Positions 27,935 through 38,155 are shown, counted from the stretch's first letter. The stretch: DNA of 64,000 bases from Fimbriimonadales bacterium (GCA_045862955.1 BTVI01000002.1:1-64000); one strand, 5' to 3'. The notes: generated by a model not told the origin, from the letters alone. A program made the numbers and translations.

Positions 27935-29332
27935 GTGAAAGCGAATCGCATCCTCTCAGTCGCTCTGCTCAGCGCGCTCGCAGTCGGAGTCCTCGCGCAG
28001 GCTCCATTCACGATCATTCGGCCTGCGGAAGGGGCTCGGGTCCGTGAGGTCGTCAAGGTTCACTTGCCCAAAAACAGCGTCCCCCAGGGCGGCTACCTGT
28101 CCATCTGGGTGGACGACGGCAAGGAGAAGCGCTTTTTGGAAGCTACGCTGCCCGAGGCGAAGGGTGACGTGTACGAGTATCTACTCGACACCAAGAAGCT
28201 CCGCCTTCCGGATGGCCCTTGCACCATAGAGGTTGTGTTGTACGGCCCGTCCGGTGTCATTGATAGCAGCAAGGTCAACGTCACCATAGCCAATCAGCAG
28301 GAGATCACCGTACCCAAGGCTGGGGCGGTGCTGAAATACCGCTACCGTCCGAATACGTCGTGGGTGTACGACGTCAAGGCGACGCTGTCGTTGCTTTCCA
28401 TCTCGTTAGAGGAAGAGCAGCGTGGTGCGACAGCAGCCGAGCAGATCCTTATCGAGGACCGATTCCCACTCGAATATAGCATCTACAACGTCTATCCCAA
28501 CGGCAACGGCCTGTTGAGATCTCGCCCCCTGCTCGACGAGTCGGGGACCATCGTTTTCCAGCGTCCCGGTGGTGGGTTCGACGTGGTGACGGACGACCAG
28601 CTGAACTCCATTTTCCTGGAGCTCAACCCGTTCGGACGCAGAGTGTACATGTCGAGCCCGGGCTATGCTGACCCGTTGGGCAGCTCGGGCAGTAGTGCGG
28701 GACATCTCGTGCTCCTACCTCTGCCGACCCTGCCCACCGAGCCGCAAGAGCTGGGTGGGACGTGGTCTGCTCGAACCGAAATCCCCGCGGACTACCACGG
28801 GAACCGGAACACGATTGCCACAGTCGCCGAGATCCCCACCAAGGCAACGCTGGTCGCGTTCGAATGGGAGCAGAACCGGCCCTGCGCTCACATCCGATAC
28901 GAGTTCGCAATCGGTAAGTTGGCCGACCAGAAAGCTGTCACGATCAAGGGCACTGCCATCCCGGATGCACAGGTCTCGGTAGTGCAGGACGTGTGGTTCG
29001 CGATGGACATCGGCGCGGTGGTCAAGAGCGACCTCGTGATGACCGTGCAGGGCACTTCGGGTGGAGCCGGCATGACCGGTGGTGAGGCTACCTCGGGACC
29101 GCGCGGTACTCGTGGCGGAACGCGGGGGACGAGAGGTCCGACCGCAGGCACTGGTCCTCGCAGCGAGGACGAGGGTTACGGCCCATCCGGGCCGGGGCCC
29201 GGCATGATCGGTCCGTCCGCGATGAGCCCCGGTGGAGCCGGTGGTGCGGAGATGACGGGCGGCGGACTGACAGGAATGGGCGACGGCAGACTGCGCGTGC
29301 GTATGCGCGTGCAAATGGTGCTCAGGAACTAG
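27935..29332 (+). CDS. Secreted hypothetical protein with N-terminal Ig-like region and Gly-rich C-terminal insert
   Basis: GGAGGGAG RBS, signal peptide ending VLA, long ORF 3 bp upstream of tatC. Confidence 0.7.
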   Translation: MKANRILSVALLSALAVGVLAQAPFTIIRPAEGARVREVVKVHLPKNSVPQGGYLSIWVDDGKEKRFLEATLPEAKGDVYEYLLDTKKLRLPDGPCTIEVVLYGPSGVIDSSKVNVTIANQQEITVPKAGAVLKYRYRPNTSWVYDVKATLSLLSISLEEEQRGATAAEQILIEDRFPLEYSIYNVYPNGNGLLRSRPLLDESGTIVFQRPGGGFDVVTDDQLNSIFLELNPFGRRVYMSSPGYADPLGSSGSSAGHLVLLPLPTLPTEPQELGGTWSARTEIPADYHGNRNTIATVAEIPTKATLVAFEWEQNRPCAHIRYEFAIGKLADQKAVTIKGTAIPDAQVSVVQDVWFAMDIGAVVKSDLVMTVQGTSGGAGMTGGEATSGPRGTRGGTRGTRGPTAGTGPRSEDEGYGPSGPGPGMIGPSAMSPGGAGGAEMTGGGLTGMGDGRLRVRMRVQMVLRN

Positions 29333-29335
29333 ACA

Positions 29336-30169
29336 GTGGCGGACGCTGAACCGGGCGCGGGTTCGGGGCATGCGCCGTCCGAAGAAGCTCTGCCGGACCC
29401 CGAGGAGAAGCGCGGCACCATCGTCGAACACCTCGAAGAGCTGCGTACGCGCATCATCAACTCGCTGATCGCCGTGTCTCTCGGATGGGTTGTCGGCTAC
29501 GTGGTGGAGCCGTACGTTTACGAGGCGCTGGCGGCGCCGCTGCTGCAGTACGCGAAGCAGGGCAAAGGCGTCGAGATCGTCTTTAGCAACTTCGCAGCGC
29601 CCTTCTTCTTACGCTTTCAACTCGGCCTAGTGATGGGCTTGGTGCTGGTTGCCCCCTACTTGGTACTGCAGGTCTGGGCCTTCGTTGCGCCGGGCCTCAC
29701 ACGCAACGAGCGTCGCATCGTGCGCACCGTTGCACCCATCTCGGTGGTCCTGTTCTTCGTGGGTGTTGCGCTCGCGTGGTACGTGATGCCCGCGGCCTTC
29801 AAGTTCTTCCTCCGCTTCCTTGCGGACTTTGCCGACGCCAAGCTGTATCAAGACCCGAAGGCCTACGTGTTCTTCGTCGTGAAGATGTTCATCGCGTTCG
29901 GGGCGGGATTCCAGCTACCCGTGCTTCTGGTCGGGTTGGCACGGCTCGGCATCATCACGGAGGAGATCGTGTGGAGCTACTGGAGGCATGCCCTGGTGGG
30001 CATTGCGTTCGCCTCGATGATCCTCACGCCGAGCGGCGACGCGTTCTCGATGATGGTGTTGTTTATCCCCCTGAGCCTACTCTACTTCGGTAGCGGAGGG
30101 GTGATCCGGTTTCTTGCGGTGAGAGATCGCCGGCGCGCTGCACGAGCGGCCCTAACTGCTCAGCAGTGA
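29336..30169 (+). CDS. tatC: Twin-arginine translocase subunit TatC
   Basis: EHLEELRTR, QVWAFVAPGL, GFQLPV, LTPSGD; six TM segments. Confidence 0.95.
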   Translation: MADAEPGAGSGHAPSEEALPDPEEKRGTIVEHLEELRTRIINSLIAVSLGWVVGYVVEPYVYEALAAPLLQYAKQGKGVEIVFSNFAAPFFLRFQLGLVMGLVLVAPYLVLQVWAFVAPGLTRNERRIVRTVAPISVVLFFVGVALAWYVMPAAFKFFLRFLADFADAKLYQDPKAYVFFVVKMFIAFGAGFQLPVLLVGLARLGIITEEIVWSYWRHALVGIAFASMILTPSGDAFSMMVLFIPLSLLYFGSGGVIRFLAVRDRRRAARAALTAQQ

Positions 30170-32466
30170 CCGTAACCGAGTTCCTCGAGATGCTTCGCAG
30201 GGAGCCCTCCGTCGCTCCTTGTATCCAACACTGCGAGCAGATCCCGGCACGCGAGGCCAAAACACGACCCATTCCAGAGAACGTGGCGGAGCCCGTGCGC
30301 GAGGCCCTGAAGAGACAGCGAATCGAGCGGCTCTACTCCCACCAGCGCCGCGCGTGGGATTTGGCCTCGGCGGGTAAGGACGTTGTCGTGGTGACGGGTA
30401 CGGCGAGCGGCAAGACCCTCTGCTACAACTTGCCGGTGCTGGACCGGCTGATCCGAGAGCAGGGTGCGCGCGCGCTGTACCTGTTTCCGACCAAGGCGCT
30501 CGCGCAGGACCAGTTGGGGAAGCTACACGCCCTGCTGCGCGGTACGGGAGTGCGAGCCGCCACGTATGACGGTGACACACCCAAGGAGCAGCGCAGCGTC
30601 ATTCGCTCTGGCGCGGGCATCATTCTCACGAACCCGGACATGTTGCACGTCGGCATCTTGCCGAACTACCAAGTCTGGCTCAAGTTCCTTCGCGGCCTCC
30701 GGTTCGTGGTGCTGGATGAGATGCACGTGTACCGCGGCATCTTCGGATCGCACGTCGCAAACATCCTGCGCAGGCTGTTTCGTCTGTGCGCCGGGCTGAA
30801 CGTGCCGCAGCCGCAGGTGGTCGCATGCTCCGCCACCATCGGCAACCCCGGCGAGCTAGCCGAGGCGCTGCTTGGACGCCAGTGCGAGGTGATTAACGAA
30901 GACGGATCGCCGTCCGGCCCCAAGAGTTTCGTTATATGGAACCCGCAGGTGATTGGCCCTTCGGGCGACCGCAGGTCACCGAACCTGGACGCTGCGAGGC
31001 TCATCGCCTACCTCGTCGAGCATGAGATCCGCAGCATCGGATTTGCTAGGGCACGCGTGACCACGGAGCTGCTGCTGCGCTACGCTCGCAACCATCTAGC
31101 CGAGGATGCACCCGAGCTGGTAGGCATGTTGGAATCGTATCGGGGGGGCTATACGGCAGAGGAGCGGCGCGACATCGAGCGCCGGCTGTTCGGCGGCGAG
31201 CTACTCGGGGTCGTTGCCACCAACGCACTGGAACTCGGGATAGACGTGGGAGGGCTAGACGCGGCCGTCATCAATGGCTATCCAGGCAGTATTTCGAGCG
31301 TCTGGCAGCAGGCCGGCCGTGCGGGAAGAGGAACAGAGCCATCAGTCGTCTTCTTCGTGGCGCACAACGACCCGCTGGAGCAGCACATGGTCCGCGAGCC
31401 CTCGGCCCTGCTGGACGCTAGGCACGAGCAAGCCAACGTCAACCCTGGCAATCGCTATGTGCTAGCGCGGCAACTCCGTTGCGCGGTCTTCGAGCGCCCG
31501 ATGGACGAGTCGGAGGTCGCGATGTTCGGCCCGAATGCCAAGGCGGTGCTGAACGGGTTGGTGGAAGATGGGTCGTTGCAGTACCGTGCAGGGCGATACT
31601 TCTGCCCGGACAGGCGTACACCTGCTGCCGACGTGGACATTCGCAGCGCCTCTGGGGCGGCTTACGAGATACTTGACGCCGATACCCTTCGTAGGCTCGG
31701 CACAGTGGAAGAGAACCGGGCTTTCCGGGTGGCTCACGAGGGTGCGACCTACCTGCATCGGGGCGAGCAGTACCTCATCGAGTCGCTCGACATCGAGACC
31801 CGGACTGCCAAGGCGAAGCGTACCGAGCTTACCTACTACACGGAAGCGCGCACCGAGACCGTGATAGACATCCTGCTGAAAATCAACGAGCGCAGAATGC
31901 CGCAGGGTGTGGCCGGCTTTGGAAGCGTGCGAGTAACGCAACTCGTCACGGGCTACTCCATGCGCGCCCTGCTGAGCGAGCATTTCCTCGGCTTCGAACC
32001 TCTCGACCTACCTGAGCGCTCCTATGAGACGCTGGCAGTCTGGCTAACGCTCCAACCACCTCCGGGGGATAAAGAGGAAGAGCGGATGAGGTTCGGCATG
32101 GGCCTGCACGCGCTGGAACACGCGCTGGCCACCGCACTCCCCGTGTTGGTAGGATGCGACCCAGGCGATAGCGGCTCCACCTGGACCATGGGACACCACA
32201 GCAGCGGTATGCCCACGGTGATACTGTTCGACGAGGCCCCTGGAGGCGTCGGGATCTGCGAGGCGGGGTTCCGAAGGCTCCCGGAGTGGCTGGACCTGGC
32301 CCTTCGTGTGGTGGAAGGCTGCCCGTGCGAAGATGGGTGCCCAGCATGCTTACTCACTCCGTGGTGTGGAAACCGCAACGCAGACTTGGACAAGCGGGAG
32401 GGCATCGCCCGGCTCAGGTCGCTCCAACTTTCAGGCTCGGGAGCAAGCTATAATCGGAGCCGGTGA
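30166..32466 (+). CDS. DEAD/DEAH helicase with C-terminal DUF1998 zinc-binding domain (Hrq1/MrfA/SftH-like)
   Basis: GTASGKT, TNPDMLH, DEMH, SAT, TNALELGIDVG, QQAGRAGR, HALEH, CPCEDGCPAC...C. Confidence 0.9.
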   Translation: MTVTEFLEMLRREPSVAPCIQHCEQIPAREAKTRPIPENVAEPVREALKRQRIERLYSHQRRAWDLASAGKDVVVVTGTASGKTLCYNLPVLDRLIREQGARALYLFPTKALAQDQLGKLHALLRGTGVRAATYDGDTPKEQRSVIRSGAGIILTNPDMLHVGILPNYQVWLKFLRGLRFVVLDEMHVYRGIFGSHVANILRRLFRLCAGLNVPQPQVVACSATIGNPGELAEALLGRQCEVINEDGSPSGPKSFVIWNPQVIGPSGDRRSPNLDAARLIAYLVEHEIRSIGFARARVTTELLLRYARNHLAEDAPELVGMLESYRGGYTAEERRDIERRLFGGELLGVVATNALELGIDVGGLDAAVINGYPGSISSVWQQAGRAGRGTEPSVVFFVAHNDPLEQHMVREPSALLDARHEQANVNPGNRYVLARQLRCAVFERPMDESEVAMFGPNAKAVLNGLVEDGSLQYRAGRYFCPDRRTPAADVDIRSASGAAYEILDADTLRRLGTVEENRAFRVAHEGATYLHRGEQYLIESLDIETRTAKAKRTELTYYTEARTETVIDILLKINERRMPQGVAGFGSVRVTQLVTGYSMRALLSEHFLGFEPLDLPERSYETLAVWLTLQPPPGDKEEERMRFGMGLHALEHALATALPVLVGCDPGDSGSTWTMGHHSSGMPTVILFDEAPGGVGICEAGFRRLPEWLDLALRVVEGCPCEDGCPACLLTPWCGNRNADLDKREGIARLRSLQLSGSGASYNRSR

Positions 32467-32623
32467 GAAGGCGTCGTTCGAGGCTCAAGCGGGGCTGGTG
32501 GGTGTCGTCCGTGCTATTCGTTGCGGCGGCGCTCGTCGGCTGGCTGGTGTGGTGGCTGCCGGCGCAACGTCCGCAGGAGCCACTCGATGTCCGCTTCGTA
32601 GACGCTCCTAGCGGTGACGGCCA

Positions 32624-33685
32624 GTGAACGTCGGACTGGTTGGCTTTCCTTCGGTTGGCAAGTCCACGCTGTTCCGGGCTGTTTCTGCCGGCCACGACTC
32701 CGGGGACCTGGCTGCGGTTGCGGTACCCGATGAACGCTTCACTCGGCTTTGCCGCGTGGCCGACAGCAAGAAGCAGTCACCAGCACACGTCTACTTCCAT
32801 GACAATGTCGGCAGGTTCAGCCCTGGTGAGTCGCGAAGCACCGAGCGGCATTTCTTCGACGCGGCGCGGAAGATGGACTGCCTCGTGCACGTGGTGCGCA
32901 GCTTCCGTAACGATCAGGTGACACACCATGCCGAGCTCGACCCCTTACGCGACCATCGCTTACTCGAGGACGAGCTAGTGCTGGAAGACCTGCAGCTAGT
33001 GGAGAACCGCCTGGAGAGGCTCCAGAAGCAGCACGAGACGCACATCTCGGGCTCGCCGGAATCGAACGAGCAACGGCTCCTGCAGCGTCTGAAGGGAGAG
33101 CTGGAGCAGGGCAAGACGCTGCGGAGTCTCGAACTGGAAGCCGAGGAGCGAAAGCTGATCTCGGGATTTCAGTTCCTCACCGTCAAGCCGCTGATCGTCG
33201 CGCTGAACGTTGGTGAGGACCAGGCCGCCGCCCGCCCGGAGGACTGTGAGGAATCGCTAGCGAGCGACGCCGCGCAGCGTGGCGTGCCGGTCGTGTCGCT
33301 GTGCGCCACGCTGGAAGCCGAAATCGCGACGCTGGACGAGCAAGATCGGCAGGAGTTTCTGAGCGACTTGGGATTGGGCAGACCTGCTTCGGAGCGCTTG
33401 ATCCGCGCCGCGTACGAGGCGCTGCACGTAATCACCTTCTACACCACCGGCCCGAAAGAGACGAAAGCATGGACGCTGCCTGTCGGGGCGACTGCCCTGG
33501 ATGCTGCGGCAACCATCCACTCGGACCTAGCTCGGGGCTTCATTCGGGCCGAGGTGGCGCCGGTAGACATGGTGGTAGAGTGCGGTGGATGGGATGCGGC
33601 CCACCATGCCGGCAAGACAACGCTGCAGGGCAAGGAGTACGTCGTGCAGGACGGTGACATCATTCACGTGAGGTTCAAGGTATGA
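32624..33685 (+). CDS. YchF-like protein (DUF933/TGS C-terminus), divergent
   Basis: GFPSVGKST P-loop, VPDERF, NVGE G4, IHSDLARGFIRAEV, GKEYVVQDGD; switch motifs degenerate. Confidence 0.85.
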   Translation: MNVGLVGFPSVGKSTLFRAVSAGHDSGDLAAVAVPDERFTRLCRVADSKKQSPAHVYFHDNVGRFSPGESRSTERHFFDAARKMDCLVHVVRSFRNDQVTHHAELDPLRDHRLLEDELVLEDLQLVENRLERLQKQHETHISGSPESNEQRLLQRLKGELEQGKTLRSLELEAEERKLISGFQFLTVKPLIVALNVGEDQAAARPEDCEESLASDAAQRGVPVVSLCATLEAEIATLDEQDRQEFLSDLGLGRPASERLIRAAYEALHVITFYTTGPKETKAWTLPVGATALDAAATIHSDLARGFIRAEVAPVDMVVECGGWDAAHHAGKTTLQGKEYVVQDGDIIHVRFKV

Positions 33686-34692
33686 GGTTTTCGGTGCTCA
33701 GAGTTGTGCTGGCGGGCGCTTTGACGGTCCTTCTCGCCCTGGCAGGCTGCATCCCCAAAGAGGCAGGCTACGACGAGATGGGGCGTCGGATCAAGAAGAC
33801 CCCCTCGACATCGCAAGCAGCGGGGCCTTCGGGAGAACGTGCTGCTGGGTCCGCGGCCGAGGGCTCCGCAAGCAACGGTGCACCTCGGGCGAACGGTGAG
33901 ACAGCCACCCCCATCGAAGCGGTGACCCGTCCGCCCGATCCCGCCGTGGTCAAGCAGTCCTCTCAGTGTGCGGAGCACATGCTGGAACTGTACAGCCACA
34001 TACCCGAGGTGCAGGCGGTTCTCCAGGCAGCGAAGCCCAAGACCGTCGAGGACGTCGTGAAGATCGTGAACGTGGAGCTCGAGAAGCGGCTGGGCAAGGA
34101 GGCTCTCGCCTGCCCAATCACCGGTCAGCGCTATCAGATCATGGACCAGAAGGCGATGCAGAGGGAGAAGTACGCGGGCATCATCGCCGATGCGCAGCCC
34201 CATCCCGACGGCACTCGATTCGTGGTCTCGCTGAAGCTCGGCCAAAACGGGCGCCCCGAAGCCGCCATCTCGACCTTCGACGAGGCTAAGCGGGTCTACT
34301 CCGAGGCTAGGTACCGGATGCCCGATCCGGGGACTCCCGCGCGCAAGTGCCTGGACACTATCAACGACTTGGCTCGTGCCATCGGCATGTACGCGCAGAA
34401 GCACGATCAGAAGGTGCCCGAAGCGGGGGACTCCCTGACCGCCAAGAAGGACCTGATGGAGTTCCGTCCGTTGCTCAGCGACGAGTTCTGGGTCTGCCCA
34501 ATCAACAAGAAGCCCTACGCCATCAACTACACGGTGCTGAACGAGGGCGCCGAGGCGTTGCGGAAGCGCCCACCGAACACGGTGGCTCTCATCTATGACT
34601 CGGCCCCGCATCCTGACGGCAGCCGCTGCGTGCTCGCGAATGGAAGCATCGCGCGGATGCGCGCCGAGGAGTTCGCGAAGCTGAAGCGCTAA
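33682..34692 (+). CDS. Lipoprotein with two pilin-globular-like (DUF1559/H-X9-DG-like) repeats
   Basis: Lipobox LAGC; two copies of C...CPI...Y-x-I...D-x-x-PHPDG-x-R; ATGA overlap with the upstream gene. Confidence 0.7.
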   Translation: MRFSVLRVVLAGALTVLLALAGCIPKEAGYDEMGRRIKKTPSTSQAAGPSGERAAGSAAEGSASNGAPRANGETATPIEAVTRPPDPAVVKQSSQCAEHMLELYSHIPEVQAVLQAAKPKTVEDVVKIVNVELEKRLGKEALACPITGQRYQIMDQKAMQREKYAGIIADAQPHPDGTRFVVSLKLGQNGRPEAAISTFDEAKRVYSEARYRMPDPGTPARKCLDTINDLARAIGMYAQKHDQKVPEAGDSLTAKKDLMEFRPLLSDEFWVCPINKKPYAINYTVLNEGAEALRKRPPNTVALIYDSAPHPDGSRCVLANGSIARMRAEEFAKLKR

Positions 34693-34694
34693 GC

Positions 34695-35765
34695 ATGGAG
34701 AGGGTCGAGGTCAAGGCTCCCGGACGCATCTGCCTCTTCGGGGAGCACCAGGACTACCTCGGTCTTCCGGTGGTGGCGGCGGCAATCACCCGCTACATCT
34801 TCGTATCGGGCGAGCCGAGCACGTCGTCCGAAGCAGAAATCGAGCTGCCGGACCTCGGCACTGCGCGTACGCTTTCGTTGACCCGAGAGAACGCCTATGA
34901 AGGCGGGCGGGACTACCTCGCCTCGTGCGTGAACGTGCTGTTGCGAGAGGGCGTTCGCTGGCCGAGCGGGTACCGCGTGCGCATCCATGGCGACATACCA
35001 CAGCAGGCCGGCGTGTCGAGCAGCTCGGCGCTGGTTGTCGCGTGGATGAAGTTCCTGCTGCGTGCGGCCGGTGATGCGAGGGCACGGAAGCCGGGTGACC
35101 TGGCGCGTCTAGGCCACGCGGCCGAGGTGAAGGAGTTCGAGGAGCCGGGCGGGATGATGGACCACTTCGCTGCGGCCTACGGCGGCGTGATCTGGGTGGA
35201 TACGCGGCCGCCGTTCGCCTGTAGGCCCCTGCGTGCGGGGGTGCCGGGCATCATTCTGTGCTACTCGGGTCAGCCCAAGGCGACCATCGAGACGCTGGCC
35301 ACGGCCCGCAAGCGCTTCACCGACGCATTGGAGAAGGCGCGTGCGCTGGCACCGCACCTGGACATCGCATCTACACCCATCGAGGAGATGCAGCGCCTGA
35401 CAAGCGGGCTGAGCCTGCAGGAGCGAGACCTGCTGGAGTGTCAGTGGATCAGCCGCGATCTCACGCCGCGTGGGCTCCGGGCTCTCGAAGAAGACGCCGA
35501 GCCGAGCTTGCTCGGCAAACTGCTGACCGCTCACCACGAGCAGCTTCGCAGGCTGGGAGTATCCACGGAGCGAATCGATGCCATTCTGGGCGCTGCGCTG
35601 GCCGCCGGTGCAGTGGGCGGGAAGGTGAACGGCTCCGGCGGCGGCGGGTGCTTGTTCGCGCTGGCACCGGGTAGGGAAGAGGCCGTGGTGGAGGCCATGC
35701 GCTCCGCCGGTGGCACTCCGTGGCACGTAGAGGTGGCCCGTCTGGACGACATGGAGCCATCGTAG
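34695..35765 (+). CDS. GHMP-family sugar kinase (galactokinase-like)
   Basis: APGRICLFGEHQDY, IPQQAGVSSSSA, GMMDH, GSGGGGC. Confidence 0.87.
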   Translation: MERVEVKAPGRICLFGEHQDYLGLPVVAAAITRYIFVSGEPSTSSEAEIELPDLGTARTLSLTRENAYEGGRDYLASCVNVLLREGVRWPSGYRVRIHGDIPQQAGVSSSSALVVAWMKFLLRAAGDARARKPGDLARLGHAAEVKEFEEPGGMMDHFAAAYGGVIWVDTRPPFACRPLRAGVPGIILCYSGQPKATIETLATARKRFTDALEKARALAPHLDIASTPIEEMQRLTSGLSLQERDLLECQWISRDLTPRGLRALEEDAEPSLLGKLLTAHHEQLRRLGVSTERIDAILGAALAAGAVGGKVNGSGGGGCLFALAPGREEAVVEAMRSAGGTPWHVEVARLDDMEPS

Positions 35766-35859
35766 TCTCGGCGTCCCGCCGGTTCCTACCTGCTCGGCAG
35801 ACAGAGAGCGCACGAAGGAACAGCCGGCGCGCTCGCGAAGGGGTGAGCAAGGGACACAG

Positions 35860-36351
35860 ATGGGAACGCTAACCGACAAGCTGGCGCGGTCGCTGGATGC
35901 CGCGCTCCACACGAGCGAATGGCACAGTGTGGACGCGGCCTTGCGCGGGCTGAGTGAAGCCGACGCCGAGTGGGCTCCCGGTCACTACAAGGGCTTTCCC
36001 TGGGCGAAAGGGAGCATCCGCGAGATCGTCGTGCACGTCGCCGCCGACATGCTCGTGCAGCACTCCATGGCCTTCGGCGACGGCAGTCTGGACTGGGAGA
36101 AGGCGATGGCGCTCCCTGAAGTACGGGAAGGCACGCTCAGCGCTGCTAAGCGACTGCTAGAGCGCGGCGAGCAAGTGCTGAGGCACACTCTTTCGGGTCT
36201 GTCCGACGGCGATCTGGGGCGCAAAGTAACCACCTGGGGAGGCAAGACGATGTCCGCGGAGAGCTTTTTCGACATGCACATCGAGCACGCGCTGTATCAT
36301 GCCGGGCAAGTCAGATACGTCCGCTGCCTCATCGAGGGAGCGCGCGGTTGA
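35860..36351 (+). CDS. DinB family protein
   Basis: SIREIVVHV and EHALYHAGQV His motifs. Confidence 0.82.
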   Translation: MGTLTDKLARSLDAALHTSEWHSVDAALRGLSEADAEWAPGHYKGFPWAKGSIREIVVHVAADMLVQHSMAFGDGSLDWEKAMALPEVREGTLSAAKRLLERGEQVLRHTLSGLSDGDLGRKVTTWGGKTMSAESFFDMHIEHALYHAGQVRYVRCLIEGARG

Positions 36352-36935
36352 CGCTCGCGGTCGTGCTCGCCGCTGGACGCTCGTCTCGAATGGGCGTTCC
36401 CAAAGCGACCCTTCCCCTCGAGGGCTCGACGGTTGTGCAGACCGTGGTCTCCAAGCTGTTCGAAGGCGGCTGTGATGGGGTCCGCGTGGTGTTGGGGCAC
36501 CACGCGACCAGCGTGGCTCCCCTTCTGCTCCACTCGCGCGCCGAGGTCGTGCTCAACCCCGAGCCTGACCGCGGGATGATCTCTAGCGTTCGCGTCGGTA
36601 TCCGGCCGGAGGAGGCTGTCGTGTCGAGGTGGCTCGTGCATCCCGTGGACATCCCGTTCATCAGCCCCGACACTGTGCGAGAACTGCTCGCGGCATCGAG
36701 ACAGGCACCCGACGACGTTTTGGTAGCGTGTTGCGGCGGAAGGCGCGGGCACCCGATATTGATCCCGCGAGGTCCGGCGCTGCAGGTGTTGGAGTCGGCA
36801 GAGCGGCTCAGCGACCTGTTGCGTCACGATGGGCTCGCGGTTCGGGAGGTCGAGACCGGCGACCCTGGCGTCCTTCGGGACACTGACACCCCGGAGGACC
36901 TCGCTCGGGCTCCCGGGACCGCTACGGAGCGGTAG
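36348..36935 (+). CDS. MocA/MobA-like nucleotidyltransferase
   Basis: LAAGRSSRMG-x-PK, HPVDIP, GHP, DTDTPED. Confidence 0.87.
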   Translation: MTLAVVLAAGRSSRMGVPKATLPLEGSTVVQTVVSKLFEGGCDGVRVVLGHHATSVAPLLLHSRAEVVLNPEPDRGMISSVRVGIRPEEAVVSRWLVHPVDIPFISPDTVRELLAASRQAPDDVLVACCGGRRGHPILIPRGPALQVLESAERLSDLLRHDGLAVREVETGDPGVLRDTDTPEDLARAPGTATER

Positions 36936-36969
36936 GTACAATCGAAATGTCGTAGGGTAGGTGCATCGG

Positions 36970-37209
36970 ATGACCAAAGTTGAGATGAAGCTGGTTGCAG
37001 TGGGAGAGCAGGCGCGCAAGCCTTGGCTTTGGAGCCTGAGCCAGCAGTTCGACGTCAAAGTGAACATTCTTAGGGCGCACATCGACCGTGACTCGGGCTG
37101 GGTAGAGATCGAGCTGGAAGGCGCCTTGGAGGATGTGCAGCGGGCCACTGCGTGGCTTCACACGACCGGACTCCATGTGGATCCGGTTCAGCGCTCCGTC
37201 TCTGAATGA
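36970..37209 (+). CDS. Stand-alone NIL domain protein
   Basis: FDVKVNILRAHI...GWVEIELEG; ~79 aa; TACAAT -10-like element just upstream. Confidence 0.8.
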   Translation: MTKVEMKLVAVGEQARKPWLWSLSQQFDVKVNILRAHIDRDSGWVEIELEGALEDVQRATAWLHTTGLHVDPVQRSVSE

Positions 37210-38117
37210 CCCAAGCACCGCCGGTGCTCCCGCCCTATCCGCCGGAGGACTTCGACGAGTTTTGGGACGGGGTCCTTGCGGCGCGCGCCCGCAGGCCGCC
37301 GGCTTACATCCGCGAGCACTACCCCGAGGATGACATTCCAGGTCACCGCATCGAGCGCATTGATTTCAAAGGTGACGCCGGAGGGCTGCTGCACGGTTGG
37401 ATCGCGATCCCAGACGGGGTGCGACTTCCTGCCCCCGCGTTCTTGTGGCTGCCCGCCTACGGCAACGAGTCGCACCCACCCGACCAGTACTCGTGCTACC
37501 CAGGCTTCGTAAGCATGTCGTTCAACCTGCACGGCCTGCCGGCGTTTCACGAGGAGCCGTATGTGCCGGAAAAGGGGTACCTGGCTCGTGGTCTGGAGGG
37601 GCCCGACACCTGGGTGTACCGAACGGTGGTGCTGGATGCCCTACGCGGCTTGGAGATTCTCGCTGTACAGCCAGAGGTGCTGCCGGAGAGGCTATTTTGT
37701 GCGGGGCTGAGCCAGGGGGGCGGCTTGGCTATCATGCTGGCTGCACTGTCTGAGAGGCTGTGTGCTGCCTGCGCCGACCTGCCGTTCTTGGCAGCCATGC
37801 CCTGGACCATTCGGAAAGCGGCCTATCGGTATCCTTACAAGGAGATGAAGGACTTCGCGGATGCGCGCGCCTTGGGAATGGAGACCGTGCTCTCCACGCT
37901 CTCCTATTACGACACCGTGAACATGGCCACCCGGGTGAGATGTCCTGTGCAGGTGAGCTATGGCACCAAGGACCCGGCGTGTCCGCCGAACACGGTACAG
38001 GCCATCTTCAACGCCCTGCCCGAGCCCAAGCGTCTGATCGAGTACGAAGGGCTCGGTCATGACTGGCACCCCGACATGCCCGCGAACAACGCCGCATGGA
38101 TGCGTGCCCGGGTCTAG
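37206..38117 (+). CDS. Acetylxylan esterase (CE7/AXE1)-like alpha/beta hydrolase
   Basis: DFDEFW, nucleophile GLSQGGG, LSYYD, DPACPP, GH. Confidence 0.87.
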   Translation: MTQAPPVLPPYPPEDFDEFWDGVLAARARRPPAYIREHYPEDDIPGHRIERIDFKGDAGGLLHGWIAIPDGVRLPAPAFLWLPAYGNESHPPDQYSCYPGFVSMSFNLHGLPAFHEEPYVPEKGYLARGLEGPDTWVYRTVVLDALRGLEILAVQPEVLPERLFCAGLSQGGGLAIMLAALSERLCAACADLPFLAAMPWTIRKAAYRYPYKEMKDFADARALGMETVLSTLSYYDTVNMATRVRCPVQVSYGTKDPACPPNTVQAIFNALPEPKRLIEYEGLGHDWHPDMPANNAAWMRARV

Positions 38118-38155
38118 GCTTCCCGTTCAACCCTCCGACACTTATTTAGCCACGA

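Noticed and set aside
30166..32466. DUF1998 helicase as part of a DISARM or Druantia defence system
   Set aside because: Single-chain Hrq1/MrfA-like form among housekeeping genes, with no drm or dru partners adjacent.
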